From the IMG/VR virus record IMGVR_UViG_3300008262_000014, positions 32,001 to 96,000 of that record: a DNA stretch of 64,000 bases. One strand, 5' to 3'. Source of the DNA: a virus. Position numbers and translations under genes: made by a program. The notes beneath the pieces are model-generated. The model searched no databases. It was not told the DNA's origin and worked only from the letters and a program-made list of their open reading frames with translations. How positions within the stretch are numbered: position 1 is the stretch's first letter; the number at the start of each line of letters is the position of its first letter. Shown piece by piece: positions 1-10,773 of this stretch.

Positions 1-142
1 CGGTAACCATATCATCGTCACCAACACCAGAACACGCATTTTGTATTTTGTGTAATGTTGAAAATGATGAGTATGCTGCAAACCCAAATAATATTTCTGC
101 GATTAAGTAATAATGTTTAGCTTTTAATTCTACTTGTATCAT
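1..142 (-). CDS. Partial hypothetical protein (N-terminus MIQVELKAKHYYLIAEILFGF..., runs off the window start)
   Basis: ATG at 142, frame open to the window edge, TATTTATA motif just upstream (155-162); not in the ORF track. Confidence 0.6.
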   Translation of the reverse strand, partial: MIQVELKAKHYYLIAEILFGFAAYSSFSTLHKIQNACSGVGDDDMVT

Positions 143-197
143 GATATTTTTATTTATAAATATTCGATTAATTTAATTTTACAAAAATTGACTTTTA

Positions 198-1433
198 TTA
201 TCTACTTATTTCTTCCCAATCCATTGATCCGAGAACATTACCTCCACCACCTCCAGCATCAGAAGCAACCACAACAGTAAGTTCAAATGGAGTTGATGTT
301 AATCCATTTCTTTCAAGCTGTGTTTTGAAAAGTGCCTCTTTAAGAATATCAACCTGAGTTGACCCTTGGTTTGACACACTAAAAAACCCACTTGCAAGTA
401 TTCTTCCTCCCGCAAAAGCAGTTCCTGATATGTTGTATTCTACAGAAGCACTATCTCCTGCACTAACCCAAGTACCACCTGTTGTAGTTCCACCTGCCAC
501 TACCTGCCAATTATAATTTCCTGTACTAGTTGCCATTATAGAAATTGCTGTACATATTACTATTGCATCTAAACGATTAGGAGATGTTTTAAGACGTAAA
601 CTTACGATGGGATAAAATGTTCCAGCAACCGTTAATGTTCTTGGAGTAGTTACAGGAATACCCACAGCCTGTTGTAATCCATTAAGTTGGTATCCTCCTT
701 CAGATAGTACAGTGGAACATATTTGTTTCAATGTACTAGCACCACTTGTATCACCTGTATTTGTTATTTCATATCTAAGTGGTAAAGAAGCAGTTGTGAT
801 ATAGGTAGAATCAATAAAATTAGCATGATGAAACTTATGACAAACATAATAATTTCCATCTATAACAAATCCCATTCTAACTGTTCCAAGACCTAACCAC
901 TCAATATCCATAAATAATATTTGAGCTTTTGTAATATCTAATACCACACCAGAAGGTCCAGTACCGTCCATTTTATCAACATTCCATGCTGATTGATTTA
1001 CTACAGATTCAGTAACTACTCCAGTAACCAAACTTCTTTCAACAAAGCTAAGAGTAGAATTATTTAATTGAAGATATAAACCATTTTGAGCCCCATAATA
1101 TCCAACTCTTTGTCTGAGGTTAGTCTTAGCAGGACTCATTACAAACGTACTGAGTATCAACAAACTCTTACCTGGTTGATATGAAAATACTTTTATGGTT
1201 TCTCTTACAACAGATGATCCAGAAGCCGCTGTAACATTTAATTCAACAAGTCCTTGGTTCTCATTAAATACAACTGTAGCACTAGTGCCCGTAGCTGTAG
1301 ACCACAATGCATTATCATCAAATCTATGACTAGAATCAAATAATGTAAAAGGTGTACTAACTCTCAACCTACCAAATGCATCTATGTTGGGAGAGTTTGC
1401 ATATTTTATTGAATTATTAAAGATATATGACAT
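198..1433 (-). CDS. Putative virion structural protein (DAFGRLRVS-type, beta-rich)
   Basis: 411 aa ORF directly downstream of the tail fibre; N-terminal DAFGRLRVSTPFTLFDS motif recurrent in phage proteins; S/T/G-rich. Confidence 0.55.
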   Translation of the reverse strand: MSYIFNNSIKYANSPNIDAFGRLRVSTPFTLFDSSHRFDDNALWSTATGTSATVVFNENQGLVELNVTAASGSSVVRETIKVFSYQPGKSLLILSTFVMSPAKTNLRQRVGYYGAQNGLYLQLNNSTLSFVERSLVTGVVTESVVNQSAWNVDKMDGTGPSGVVLDITKAQILFMDIEWLGLGTVRMGFVIDGNYYVCHKFHHANFIDSTYITTASLPLRYEITNTGDTSGASTLKQICSTVLSEGGYQLNGLQQAVGIPVTTPRTLTVAGTFYPIVSLRLKTSPNRLDAIVICTAISIMATSTGNYNWQVVAGGTTTGGTWVSAGDSASVEYNISGTAFAGGRILASGFFSVSNQGSTQVDILKEALFKTQLERNGLTSTPFELTVVVASDAGGGGGNVLGSMDWEEISR

Positions 1434-1444
1434 ATGTTAAAATT

Positions 1445-4400
1445 TTATATTATCCACCAATTATTATTTCTTGCTATTAATGTTAATGATATATAGTTTA
1501 TGTTCATATCGGCATATGAACCACCATCTATTGTTCCCGTTGGTGGTATTAATCTTATTCTGTAAGTACCACTATAACCACCTTCATCTTTTATTATTAT
1601 ACTTGCACCATCATTATTAACCGGTGATGGTAATGTTAAATTTACATTTCCACTATAACTAACACCATAATAACTAATTGATGTTGTTAACGTTTGTGAT
1701 GACACTGTGATTCCTGTTGTTGTGTATGTATTTATACCTGTAATACTATCTAAATTTCTGTATCTAATAACACCATTAGAGTCACTTGTTAATATTCTAG
1801 TATCGGTATTTCCACTCTGTAATCCTCCAAATCTAACAGGATTTGTAGAACCTGATACAAATAATTTATTCCCACTATCAACTGTTGTACCTATCAAGGT
1901 ATTTCCTGAAACACTATTTAAAATATTTGTACCTGTTGTATTTTGATATGCGATGTGTGTTACACCAGTCATACCAGACAATGTAGGGTTATAATATATA
2001 CCTCTAATTGTTGTAGTATAAATACTAGTATTATTTATAACAGGATCAATCAATAATGTATTGGCATCCCATCCATTTGTATTTGGACTTTCCCAACCTA
2101 AATTTATATTTACTATTGATGAATTTCCTTGAAAATAACTTCTAGTTAAACCATATCCACCTCTTCTAACAAACGCCCATTTATCTTTTGCACCACCTTG
2201 TTCATCTTCAATGATAAAAGTAACATTATTATTTCCTGGTCTTCTCCACAATCCAACATAGGCGGTTGGTTGTGTGGTTGATGTCGTATTTATTTCAAAT
2301 CCACCTACTCTTAAATTTTGTGTTACTACACCATTTCCATTTACATGTAAATTACCTGTAGAACTTATATTTGTTCTCAATGTTTGATTAAGTGAAGGAG
2401 GATTACAACCAGAACCATCACAAGACGGAGATAAGCCGGTGTCGGTATAAGACAGAGTTGTTGTACTAAATTCAGTAGTGAATGTTGTATAATATCTATT
2501 TGTACCGTTCCATGGGTTTGTTCTATATATTCTATATTGTGATACCCCATAAATTGCGGTCCAAGTAAGTTGTACCGAATTAGTTGTTCCACCAGAGATT
2601 GTTACAGATGTTGCAGTACCTGCTGGTGTGGTATAATTTAAGTTATCAACCGCAACAATTCTATATGAATATGTTGTTCCTGTTGTGTCTCCCGTGAGTG
2701 AACCCCCAATTGCAGATACTGTTGCAGATGGTTGTGATGGTGTTGATATAGTACCAACACCAAAATTACTTTGTATTCTTGTTACACCATAACTGTCAAA
2801 CTTATGACCGGAATCTGTTGTTGAACCGATGATTATGTTTCCATTATTTCTAAAATACGCACCAAATGTTGAGGTATTGTCAGAAGGTCCACCAACCAAC
2901 CATTCACCACTTAATTGACCTGTTGTGAAATTTCCTGCGTATATTCTAAATTTATACCCTTCTTGTTCCATCCAACTCCACCAGTTACCGTTAAAACCAC
3001 CAGTATTGCCTGCTGGTCTAAATGTTAATCTAGTCCTAAAAGGATTTAGTGTAGTACTCTCATCAGAAATTTCAACAATACCGTCGTTTGAGTTCCCATA
3101 TATGGAACCATACCCATAACTAGAACCAATGACGACACCCGCATTTTTGGTTCTTAAATCAATATATGTCCTATTAGAAGTCGAACCAGTATATGTTGGG
3201 GATATATCCACACCCACATAGGTACTAGTTCCTGTTGTTGTTGCACCTATTATGGGTGAAAACAAAGTACCAATTGTTGTGCCGGTAGGTGCGTTTATCG
3301 TTGGAGAAAAAGTTGTTTGTGGATTAATAGTTAGTGTATAACCACTTGTTGTTGATAATGTCCTATCACTGTTTAGTGTCCCATTACTATTGTATATGTT
3401 AGCAAAATCGGATATATTTCTATATTTAATAACACCATTATCATCACTAGATAATATCCTAGTATCCGTTGTACCACTTTGTAAACCGACTAATCTAATT
3501 GGGTCTGATGTGTCTTCTACATGTAATCTATTTAATGGTGATACGACACCAATACCTATTTTACCATTTGAGGTTGGAGAATCACTTGGACTTCCACCAG
3601 AAGTATCAAAATTAGTATTAGTACCAAATAAAACACCACCAATGTTAATAGAATCTGTAGTTCCATTTGGTAATGTAATAGAATTACCAATAATAATATT
3701 ATTTTTACCTATTTTACTAAAACCAAATCTAGGTGTACCAACATTAAAACCTATTAATGTTGAATATGATGCATTAGTTGAATTGTTACCAGCCAAATAA
3801 CCAATAAAATTAGAAAAACTGGCATTAGTGGCGTTTGAACCTGCACCAGTCCCCATAAATGTTGATCCCGATGCATACACCGCATTACTACCTGCAGAAT
3901 TACCTATAAAATTTGAATCAAACCCCTTTACTTGTCTATCAAAACCAATGTAAGTAACACCTGTAACACCATAACCCGCATTCGCACCGATAAAATTTGA
4001 AAATCCCGCATTCAATGAATTATAACCAGCAGAATTACCTATAAAGTTTGATTTATAGGCATTTTTAGCACTACTACCGGCAACCTCACCAATAAAATTT
4101 GAATTATCATTATCATTACCATTACTACCTGCACTGTAACCGATAAATGTTGACCTTGAAGCACCGGTAGTGCTTCTACCGGCATATGAACCAAATGATA
4201 TTTGGTCAAAACTTAACGACTCTGTGTTCTGCCCCAAAGCAAAGGAACCACTACCACTACTACCTGTTACAACAACTGGTTTAAGGTAAGGTAAAACTCC
4301 TGGAGTTTCACTACTTTCTGAATACCATTTAGGAACACCTTCTAAGTTTCTTCCATCACCATAAAAGGTACCGCCACTTATTGTTGTTGCACTTATCGTA

Positions 4401-7228
4401 TTAGACGTTAATCCACTTTGGAATAAAACATTTCCTGTTACGGTACCACCAGATAGTGGTAAATAATCATTGACTACTGAAGATATTGTATTTGCAGTTA
4501 AACCTGTTATGTTTAAAAATATTCTAAATCCACCACCGGTATTATAACCAAAATAAAGTACGTTGTATCTATTATCAAAACTACCACCTGAAATAAATTT
4601 ATCCGCCGTTAATTTTTCAATATCGGCATACTTTAAAACACCATCATCTTCAACTATGATAACCGTATTTCCTGTTGATGGTTGTAACCCTTGTATTCTA
4701 ACTGGATTTGTTGCACCTGTAATATGTAACAAATTTGTTGGTGATGTTGTACCAATACCAACATTTGTACCGTCATATGTAAATCCACTACTACCTGTTA
4801 ATATTCCGTTACTATTGTATATTACTTGTTTATTCGATCCAACACCATAAAATGTTCCACCACTTATTGTTGTTGCGGATATTGTATTTGCACTTAAATT
4901 ATTTAAATTTAAACCATTTAGGTTTGTGTTTCCTGTAACAGTTAAATCCCCATTAACAGTTAATCCTGTCATCACATCAATACTTGTGTTAAATGTGTTT
5001 CCAGAATTATCTTTTATTGTGAGTGTATTATTAAGATATGTGAATCCAGTTACGTATGTATCTGCGGTTACAGTATTCAAAACATCTGATATGTTTCTAT
5101 ATTGTATAGTATTTCCTGTATTTAATGTTAATATTTTAACATCATTTAAACCTAAATTAACAGTATCTAACTGAACAGTATTACTGAACCTACTAGTTCC
5201 ATTAACATCAAATTGATACGTACTATTTAATACATTCACACCAACTTTAGCATTAAATCTTAAGTAATCATTCGTGAAATCACCCCATATTAATGGTGTT
5301 GATGTGTCGGTATTATCGATATATAATAAATTCGATCCTGTTTCTAATCTACCACTATTTGTACCAATAAAGACATTACCACTACTTGTGGTTCCGTTTC
5401 TACCTGATCTATATCCAATGTAAACATTATCACTACCTGATTGATTTAACGCACCCGCACTTTTACCATATATAGTATTATTGTCACCTGTCTTATTAAA
5501 TTGAAACGAATTTGTTCCAGTAATTACGTTAAATCTTCCAGTTGTCTTATCTAAAGCAGCACCATTCCCTATGAAAATGTTGTCATCACCTGTTGTACCT
5601 GTTCCCCCCGTAAAACTTGTTGCAACATTTTCGCCGATAGCTATATTAAATTTTCCATTAATTAAAGACATTAGAGCCCTATCACCTATTGCCGTGTTTC
5701 TAAACCCTATTGTTACGGCAGAAAGGGCATTACTACCAAAAGCTGTATTTGCATATGTTGCAATTGCATTTTTACCACTATTTAATCCAAAATATAGTGA
5801 AGGTGATATTGGTACCTCAACTGTACTATAAGTCCCTCTAATTTCAAATATAGTATTACCCGAAGAGTCTATTCCATTTAAAAAAGAATCATTTATATTA
5901 GACCCTAATTTTAAAGATAGGGTATTTCCACTTAAATCAACAACCCTATTTGATTGTAAAGAACCATCAACGGTATATATATTGTCTATATTAGTTAAAT
6001 TAGATCCATCACCATAAAATGTTCCACCACTTATTGTTGTTGCAGACAATGTACCATTAACAGTTAATCCGGTAAATTGATCAATCGTAACATTGAAAGT
6101 GTTACCTGAATTATCACTTAAAGAAAGTTTATTATCATTATATGTGAAACCTGTTAGGTACGTATTGGGATCTATGGGTAAATTTTCGTAGGTTGTTGCA
6201 TATATTGTATTTGCAGTTAAACCACTTTGAAATATAACGTCACCAGTTACAGTACCTCCACTTGTTTGGAGATACGGAAAGTTTGTTTGTCCTGTAAAAT
6301 TAATACCAAAATTAGGATATGAACCTGTAATTTCTAATCCAGTTCCACCAGATATTGTGACAGTCCGGTCAGGTAAAGTATTTGTAATTGTGAAGTTAGG
6401 GTATGTACCACCCGTCAATATTCCAGTACCACCACTAATAGTCACCACCTGATCTGGTAATGTGTTTATTAAAACAACATTTCCGGTTGTACTATTCCCT
6501 GAAAGTCCTGTACCACCACTAACAGACAATACGATATTTGTTAAATTACCACCATTACCATAAAATGTTGACCCACTTATTGTTGTTGCGGATATTGTGT
6601 TGGCATTTAATTTATTTAAATTTAACACATTAAGATTTGTATCACCTGTAACTGTCAAATTACCATTAACAGTTAAACCAGTTACTTTATTAATTATTGC
6701 GTTAAATGTTCCACCTGTATTATCAGATATTGTAAACGTATTTGTGTCGTTATATCCAAAATTTGTAACATAAGTATCGGGATCTATTGGAAGGTTTTGA
6801 TAAGTTGTTGCCGATATTGTTGTTGCGGTAAATCCACCAAAGAGATTTGTATTCCCATTAACGGTTAGATTACCATTAATTGTTAACCCTGTTAATATAT
6901 TAAACGATGCGGTTAAAGTATAACCAGATCTATCAACAATTGTGAATGTATTTGCATTATTATATGTAAATCCGGTGGTATATCTATCAAAATCATATTC
7001 AAAACCACTAATTGTAATGGTATTACCACTATTACTAGTTAATGTTAGTACTCCCTGACTAAAAGATCCTCCATTTAAGTACAAGTCACTTATAGATACA
7101 CCTGATAAAAATATATTTTCAGAATAAATTGCATTTATAGGTCCATCAATTTTACCTATATCAACCGTATATCCTGAAGGTACGGTTATTGTGTCTATTT
7201 GGGACCAATTTATTTTTTGTAGTGCCAT
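1445..7228 (-). CDS. Long tail fibre / adhesin-like virion protein
   Basis: 1927 aa, G/T/S/N-rich; repeated TANTISATTISGGTFYG and YVTGFTY..TGLTVNG units; YadA-head-like SNFIGxxAG repeats; VGIGTxxP..LHV fibre repeats; C-terminal IKDEGG..TIDG..WWII fibre-type domain. Confidence 0.75.
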   Translation of the reverse strand: MALQKINWSQIDTITVPSGYTVDIGKIDGPINAIYSENIFLSGVSISDLYLNGGSFSQGVLTLTSNSGNTITISGFEYDFDRYTTGFTYNNANTFTIVDRSGYTLTASFNILTGLTINGNLTVNGNTNLFGGFTATTISATTYQNLPIDPDTYVTNFGYNDTNTFTISDNTGGTFNAIINKVTGLTVNGNLTVTGDTNLNVLNLNKLNANTISATTISGSTFYGNGGNLTNIVLSVSGGTGLSGNSTTGNVVLINTLPDQVVTISGGTGILTGGTYPNFTITNTLPDRTVTISGGTGLEITGSYPNFGINFTGQTNFPYLQTSGGTVTGDVIFQSGLTANTIYATTYENLPIDPNTYLTGFTYNDNKLSLSDNSGNTFNVTIDQFTGLTVNGTLSATTISGGTFYGDGSNLTNIDNIYTVDGSLQSNRVVDLSGNTLSLKLGSNINDSFLNGIDSSGNTIFEIRGTYSTVEVPISPSLYFGLNSGKNAIATYANTAFGSNALSAVTIGFRNTAIGDRALMSLINGKFNIAIGENVATSFTGGTGTTGDDNIFIGNGAALDKTTGRFNVITGTNSFQFNKTGDNNTIYGKSAGALNQSGSDNVYIGYRSGRNGTTSSGNVFIGTNSGRLETGSNLLYIDNTDTSTPLIWGDFTNDYLRFNAKVGVNVLNSTYQFDVNGTSRFSNTVQLDTVNLGLNDVKILTLNTGNTIQYRNISDVLNTVTADTYVTGFTYLNNTLTIKDNSGNTFNTSIDVMTGLTVNGDLTVTGNTNLNGLNLNNLSANTISATTISGGTFYGVGSNKQVIYNSNGILTGSSGFTYDGTNVGIGTTSPTNLLHITGATNPVRIQGLQPSTGNTVIIVEDDGVLKYADIEKLTADKFISGGSFDNRYNVLYFGYNTGGGFRIFLNITGLTANTISSVVNDYLPLSGGTVTGNVLFQSGLTSNTISATTISGGTFYGDGRNLEGVPKWYSESSETPGVLPYLKPVVVTGSSGSGSFALGQNTESLSFDQISFGSYAGRSTTGASRSTFIGYSAGSNGNDNDNSNFIGEVAGSSAKNAYKSNFIGNSAGYNSLNAGFSNFIGANAGYGVTGVTYIGFDRQVKGFDSNFIGNSAGSNAVYASGSTFMGTGAGSNATNASFSNFIGYLAGNNSTNASYSTLIGFNVGTPRFGFSKIGKNNIIIGNSITLPNGTTDSINIGGVLFGTNTNFDTSGGSPSDSPTSNGKIGIGVVSPLNRLHVEDTSDPIRLVGLQSGTTDTRILSSDDNGVIKYRNISDFANIYNSNGTLNSDRTLSTTSGYTLTINPQTTFSPTINAPTGTTIGTLFSPIIGATTTGTSTYVGVDISPTYTGSTSNRTYIDLRTKNAGVVIGSSYGYGSIYGNSNDGIVEISDESTTLNPFRTRLTFRPAGNTGGFNGNWWSWMEQEGYKFRIYAGNFTTGQLSGEWLVGGPSDNTSTFGAYFRNNGNIIIGSTTDSGHKFDSYGVTRIQSNFGVGTISTPSQPSATVSAIGGSLTGDTTGTTYSYRIVAVDNLNYTTPAGTATSVTISGGTTNSVQLTWTAIYGVSQYRIYRTNPWNGTNRYYTTFTTEFSTTTLSYTDTGLSPSCDGSGCNPPSLNQTLRTNISSTGNLHVNGNGVVTQNLRVGGFEINTTSTTQPTAYVGLWRRPGNNNVTFIIEDEQGGAKDKWAFVRRGGYGLTRSYFQGNSSIVNINLGWESPNTNGWDANTLLIDPVINNTSIYTTTIRGIYYNPTLSGMTGVTHIAYQNTTGTNILNSVSGNTLIGTTVDSGNKLFVSGSTNPVRFGGLQSGNTDTRILTSDSNGVIRYRNLDSITGINTYTTTGITVSSQTLTTSISYYGVSYSGNVNLTLPSPVNNDGASIIIKDEGGYSGTYRIRLIPPTGTIDGGSYADMNINYISLTLIARNNNWWII

Positions 7229-7276
7229 ATAAAAAGTAAAGTCTTTATATAAATACTTTTATATGGTTTAATTAAT

Positions 7277-7302
7277 AAAAAAAGGAGGAAAAACCTCCTT
7301 TT
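7277..7302 (-). terminator. Intrinsic terminator after the glutaredoxin gene
   Basis: AAAAGGAGG-loop-CCTCCTTTT inverted repeat followed by a T-run on the minus strand. Confidence 0.75.
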
Positions 7303-7576
7303 ATTTAAAAAAATATCTTGATATTATATCTACAATCTCATCTTCAGTTTCATAATCTATGCTTGGAATATATATGTCTCCCGTATCCGATCCTTCTGGT
7401 GTGATAAATGTAGTGGGTAAAAATTCATGTTTTATTTGTTTAACCACCTCATCCCATAAATCTTTATTATCTGTAATTTCAAGATCAATATAAGGAATTG
7501 AAATTCTATCTAATCTATTTTTAAGACTTGAACAGTGTATACACCCATTTAGGGTAAAAATAAACACTTTAGGCAT
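7301..7576 (-). CDS. Glutaredoxin/NrdH-like redoxin
   Basis: 91 aa; FTLNGCIHC CxxC motif, LPTTFI cis-Pro motif. Confidence 0.8.
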   Translation of the reverse strand: MPKVFIFTLNGCIHCSSLKNRLDRISIPYIDLEITDNKDLWDEVVKQIKHEFLPTTFITPEGSDTGDIYIPSIDYETEDEIVDIISRYFFK

Positions 7577-7886
7577 TATTTTTAATTTTATCTAGAAATT
7601 CTTTATAATAAGAATCCATCTTCGCACCATTCGATCTATCTATTAGATTTTGTCCATCGTAAATGAAAACAGTTGGAACAGAATTTATACCTAATTCCAT
7701 TGTGGCTTCTCTATTTTCATCAACATCAACTTTTAAAAATTTAAAATCAGGATAATCTTTTGATATATTTTCTAATCTCGGTGTTAATGATTTACATGGT
7801 CCACACCATTTAGCGGAGTAACTTACCAAAATTTTATTACCTTCAGATTGTAGTTGTTTAACAACACTTGCATTTACATTTTCCAT
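7569..7886 (-). CDS. trxA: Thioredoxin
   Basis: WCGPC active site, KVDVD and SVPT motifs, 105 aa. Confidence 0.93.
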   Translation of the reverse strand: MENVNASVVKQLQSEGNKILVSYSAKWCGPCKSLTPRLENISKDYPDFKFLKVDVDENREATMELGINSVPTVFIYDGQNLIDRSNGAKMDSYYKEFLDKIKNNA

Positions 7887-7888
7887 AA

Positions 7889-8959
7889 TTAATTTATATT
7901 AAATCCTATTTTATTTTCTTTTTGTGTTTTATGAACTTCTATGTCAATATTATATATATCAGCTAAAATCATTGGTTGATTAACAACATGATTTTTATTC
8001 AATGATTTTAATAATTTATTAGTTTCATCTACAGACAAAGGTGAAAATTTGTGTTCAGCAATTAATCTTCCCTTTCTAAGTAAAGCGTTATCAATTTTTT
8101 CTCTTTTCATATTAAATGTCGCTATTACTTGTATATTTAAACAATCTCCAAGTATTCCATCTGTTAAATTTAAAATATTAGATACACCTGCCGGTGATCC
8201 GTTACCTTCTCTATCTGATATAACTCGTTCAGCATCTTCAATTATTAGTACAGAATTTCTATGTTCCATCAAAAATGGGATAATTGATGGTTCCGATATT
8301 GCCTCCGCCATTGATGGTGGAATAAATAAAATTTCTTTTGAATCAATTAATTTGGTAAGGTATTTTAGATATGATGTTTTACCGGTACCGGGATCACCGT
8401 GTAATAAAATAATACCCTTATCGTTGTCGTTGTTTAGTCTATTGATAATTGTCTCATGTATTTTAACAAAAGATTTCCCATAATTCAATTCTAAATCAAT
8501 TTCAGGTATAGTTAAATCATATTCTTCTGTATCTAAATGACCCATTTCACTTTTAACTAAACTAATATTAAGTTTCTTTTTAGATTTTTCATATTTTTTT
8601 AATTTTTCAAAATCTACTTGTTCAGTTATTTCGCCATTTTTTATATCATAAAAAATTTCAAATTGGTAATATCCATCTAATTTACCTTCATTTATCATTT
8701 TTGCAATTATATTATTCTTCTTATTGATGAATATAAACTGTATACTTTGTCTATTAGATTTCCCAATTGAGTTATTTTTATACTCGAGAACAAATCCATT
8801 TGTGACTAAAAAGGTAGATAACGTAATGTCATAAAAAATAGAGTAATTGGAATGCTTAGAAGGAATTGAATCAAATTGATTTATAAATAATTGTTCAAGA
8901 GGAAAATCGTTTCCGTATACAGTGTCGTATAAAGGATAATTTATTGGTAATTTAGGCAT
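7889..8959 (-). CDS. AAA+ ATPase (BCS1-like)
   Basis: Walker A GDPGTGKT, Walker B IIEDAE, LNLTDG, second region of homology IDNALLRKGRL, C-terminal KIGF. Confidence 0.88.
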   Translation of the reverse strand: MPKLPINYPLYDTVYGNDFPLEQLFINQFDSIPSKHSNYSIFYDITLSTFLVTNGFVLEYKNNSIGKSNRQSIQFIFINKKNNIIAKMINEGKLDGYYQFEIFYDIKNGEITEQVDFEKLKKYEKSKKKLNISLVKSEMGHLDTEEYDLTIPEIDLELNYGKSFVKIHETIINRLNNDNDKGIILLHGDPGTGKTSYLKYLTKLIDSKEILFIPPSMAEAISEPSIIPFLMEHRNSVLIIEDAERVISDREGNGSPAGVSNILNLTDGILGDCLNIQVIATFNMKREKIDNALLRKGRLIAEHKFSPLSVDETNKLLKSLNKNHVVNQPMILADIYNIDIEVHKTQKENKIGFNIN

Positions 8960-8995
8960 GTTACAATAATATGTAAAATATTTTATTTAAAAAAA

Positions 8996-9325
8996 TTAAT
9001 TCAAACAAATTTTACCAAAATTTTTTAAATCAATAAAAATATTTTTTTCCTTTTCATAAGATTCTATCTTATCATCTTCGTAAGATGGAGATTTTCTTTT
9101 AGTGACATTAATATTGATAATCAATAATCTTTTCCTTATTGACTCAAACTGTTCTTTAGTTAAAATTGGTTCACCTTCCTTTTCGAAATTTTTTTGTGAT
9201 ATCTCTGTGAGATATTTAAAAAATAATTCCTCATCAATTTCATTTAAAAAATAATTTCGTGCTTCGATATCATTCTTGAAAAATTTTTTTACATTTTGCA
9301 CATAAATTAAAACTTCAGGTGACAT
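8996..9325 (-). CDS. Hypothetical protein
   Basis: 109 aa ORF tightly packed between nusG and the AAA ATPase gene. Confidence 0.65.
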   Translation of the reverse strand: MSPEVLIYVQNVKKFFKNDIEARNYFLNEIDEELFFKYLTEISQKNFEKEGEPILTKEQFESIRKRLLIININVTKRKSPSYEDDKIESYEKEKNIFIDLKNFGKICLN

Positions 9326-9330
9326 TTTAT

Positions 9331-9852
9331 TTATTTTTTAATTTGTGTTATTAATAAAGAAACTGGTGTATTCCTACCAAAAATTTTTACATCAACATCT
9401 ACTTTATCATCTTTAATTGAAGAAATGACACCAATGAAACCAAGAAACGGGCCATCAATAACGGTAATTGTCTCACCGATTTCATATTTTAGTTTTTTAT
9501 TAACTTTATGTTCGACTAATAAATCATCTTTAATTATTCTATCAACATCGTTCTTTCTCATTAATAATGGTTTTTTATCACCCATCATACCCATAATATT
9601 TGGTATTGAAGATATTTCTTTTAATTCATCCTCATTCATTTCCTTTTTTGCCTCAAAATACAAGTAACCATTATATATTACTTTTTCTCTTAACACTTTC
9701 TTGTCCTTAACAGTCACCAATTCACTATCTGTTGGACAGATAAACCTTATAATATTTTTAATATTACCTAGTGATATTTGTATATTGTATTGTTCATTCA
9801 ATTGTCTTTCTTTACCGGGTAATACTTTAATAACATACCAAAATGTATCCAT
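9331..9852 (-). CDS. nusG: Transcription termination/antitermination factor NusG
   Basis: NGN domain WYVIKVLPGKE..YNGYLY; KOW domain IGETITVIDGPFLGFIG..VKIFGRNTPV. Confidence 0.92.
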   Translation of the reverse strand: MDTFWYVIKVLPGKERQLNEQYNIQISLGNIKNIIRFICPTDSELVTVKDKKVLREKVIYNGYLYFEAKKEMNEDELKEISSIPNIMGMMGDKKPLLMRKNDVDRIIKDDLLVEHKVNKKLKYEIGETITVIDGPFLGFIGVISSIKDDKVDVDVKIFGRNTPVSLLITQIKK

Positions 9853-9873
9853 ATTCTTTATTTTATAAATATT

Positions 9874-10719
9874 TCAAAAATAGTTCATTATGAGCAATTC
9901 AGTACCTTCATTTTGAGTACCGTCTTTTTTAGCCGCCGCGGCTTTTTTAAAATTTTTACTTTCCCATCTGTATTGATTTTGTGGGAACCATGTGTGTAAC
10001 AATTCAAAATCATAATACGAAAGTGAGAATTTACCTTCTATATTTTTTAAAGTGTTAGCCAATCTTTCGTGATCGTTTCTATCGAAATCATGATTGGAAT
10101 AATAATTTTCGGTTTTCCAATATGGTGGATCCATATAAAAATATGTTGTTGGTGAATCATATTTCTTAACAACATCTTCAAAATCCATATTTTCAATAAA
10201 TGTTATTTTATCAAAATGTTCTCTATATTTAGGATTTTTTAATTTATCCATGAATATAAGAACTTTACAACGATATTTTCCTTTATAATCAGTATACGAT
10301 GAAGTTTCTGGTTTTGATCCTGAAAAAACTTGTGTTAAAACATATACATATTTACACGCAATTTCAAATTTATTTTCTTCAGTAATAATTAATTCGGGAT
10401 TAAAAACTTCTTTTTGATATTGATCAAACATTTGTGAATATTCGGGTGGAGTATCAACAACACCTAATTGTTGACATGGATATTTTGAAAGTTCATCCCA
10501 AAGTCTATCATATTCTTTTGTACATTTTAATAGATTACTATTTAACTTATTAAAATCATTATAAACTACTGTTTTTAAATTTGGATATTGATTTAAATCC
10601 ATGTTATAAAATACCCAAAACATACCTGAAAACCCCTCCACATATGTTTCGATATCTTTAGGAATGAATGGTACTATCCATTTACCAATTCTAGCTTTAC
10701 CACCAATGTAAGAAATCAT
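9874..10719 (-). CDS. DNA adenine methyltransferase (D12/Dam class, orphan)
   Basis: YIGGK N-terminus, YVEGFSG motif I, NDFN, catalytic DPPY, C-terminal ELLIMNY. Confidence 0.9.
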   Translation of the reverse strand: MISYIGGKARIGKWIVPFIPKDIETYVEGFSGMFWVFYNMDLNQYPNLKTVVYNDFNKLNSNLLKCTKEYDRLWDELSKYPCQQLGVVDTPPEYSQMFDQYQKEVFNPELIITEENKFEIACKYVYVLTQVFSGSKPETSSYTDYKGKYRCKVLIFMDKLKNPKYREHFDKITFIENMDFEDVVKKYDSPTTYFYMDPPYWKTENYYSNHDFDRNDHERLANTLKNIEGKFSLSYYDFELLHTWFPQNQYRWESKNFKKAAAAKKDGTQNEGTELLIMNYF

Positions 10720-10773
10720 ATCTTTTTTTATTTAAAATAATATAAGAAAAAAAAATTAAAATAAGAAATCTGT

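Noticed and set aside
9874-10719. Restriction-modification system
   Set aside because: No recognisable cognate endonuclease adjacent; treated as an orphan protective methylase
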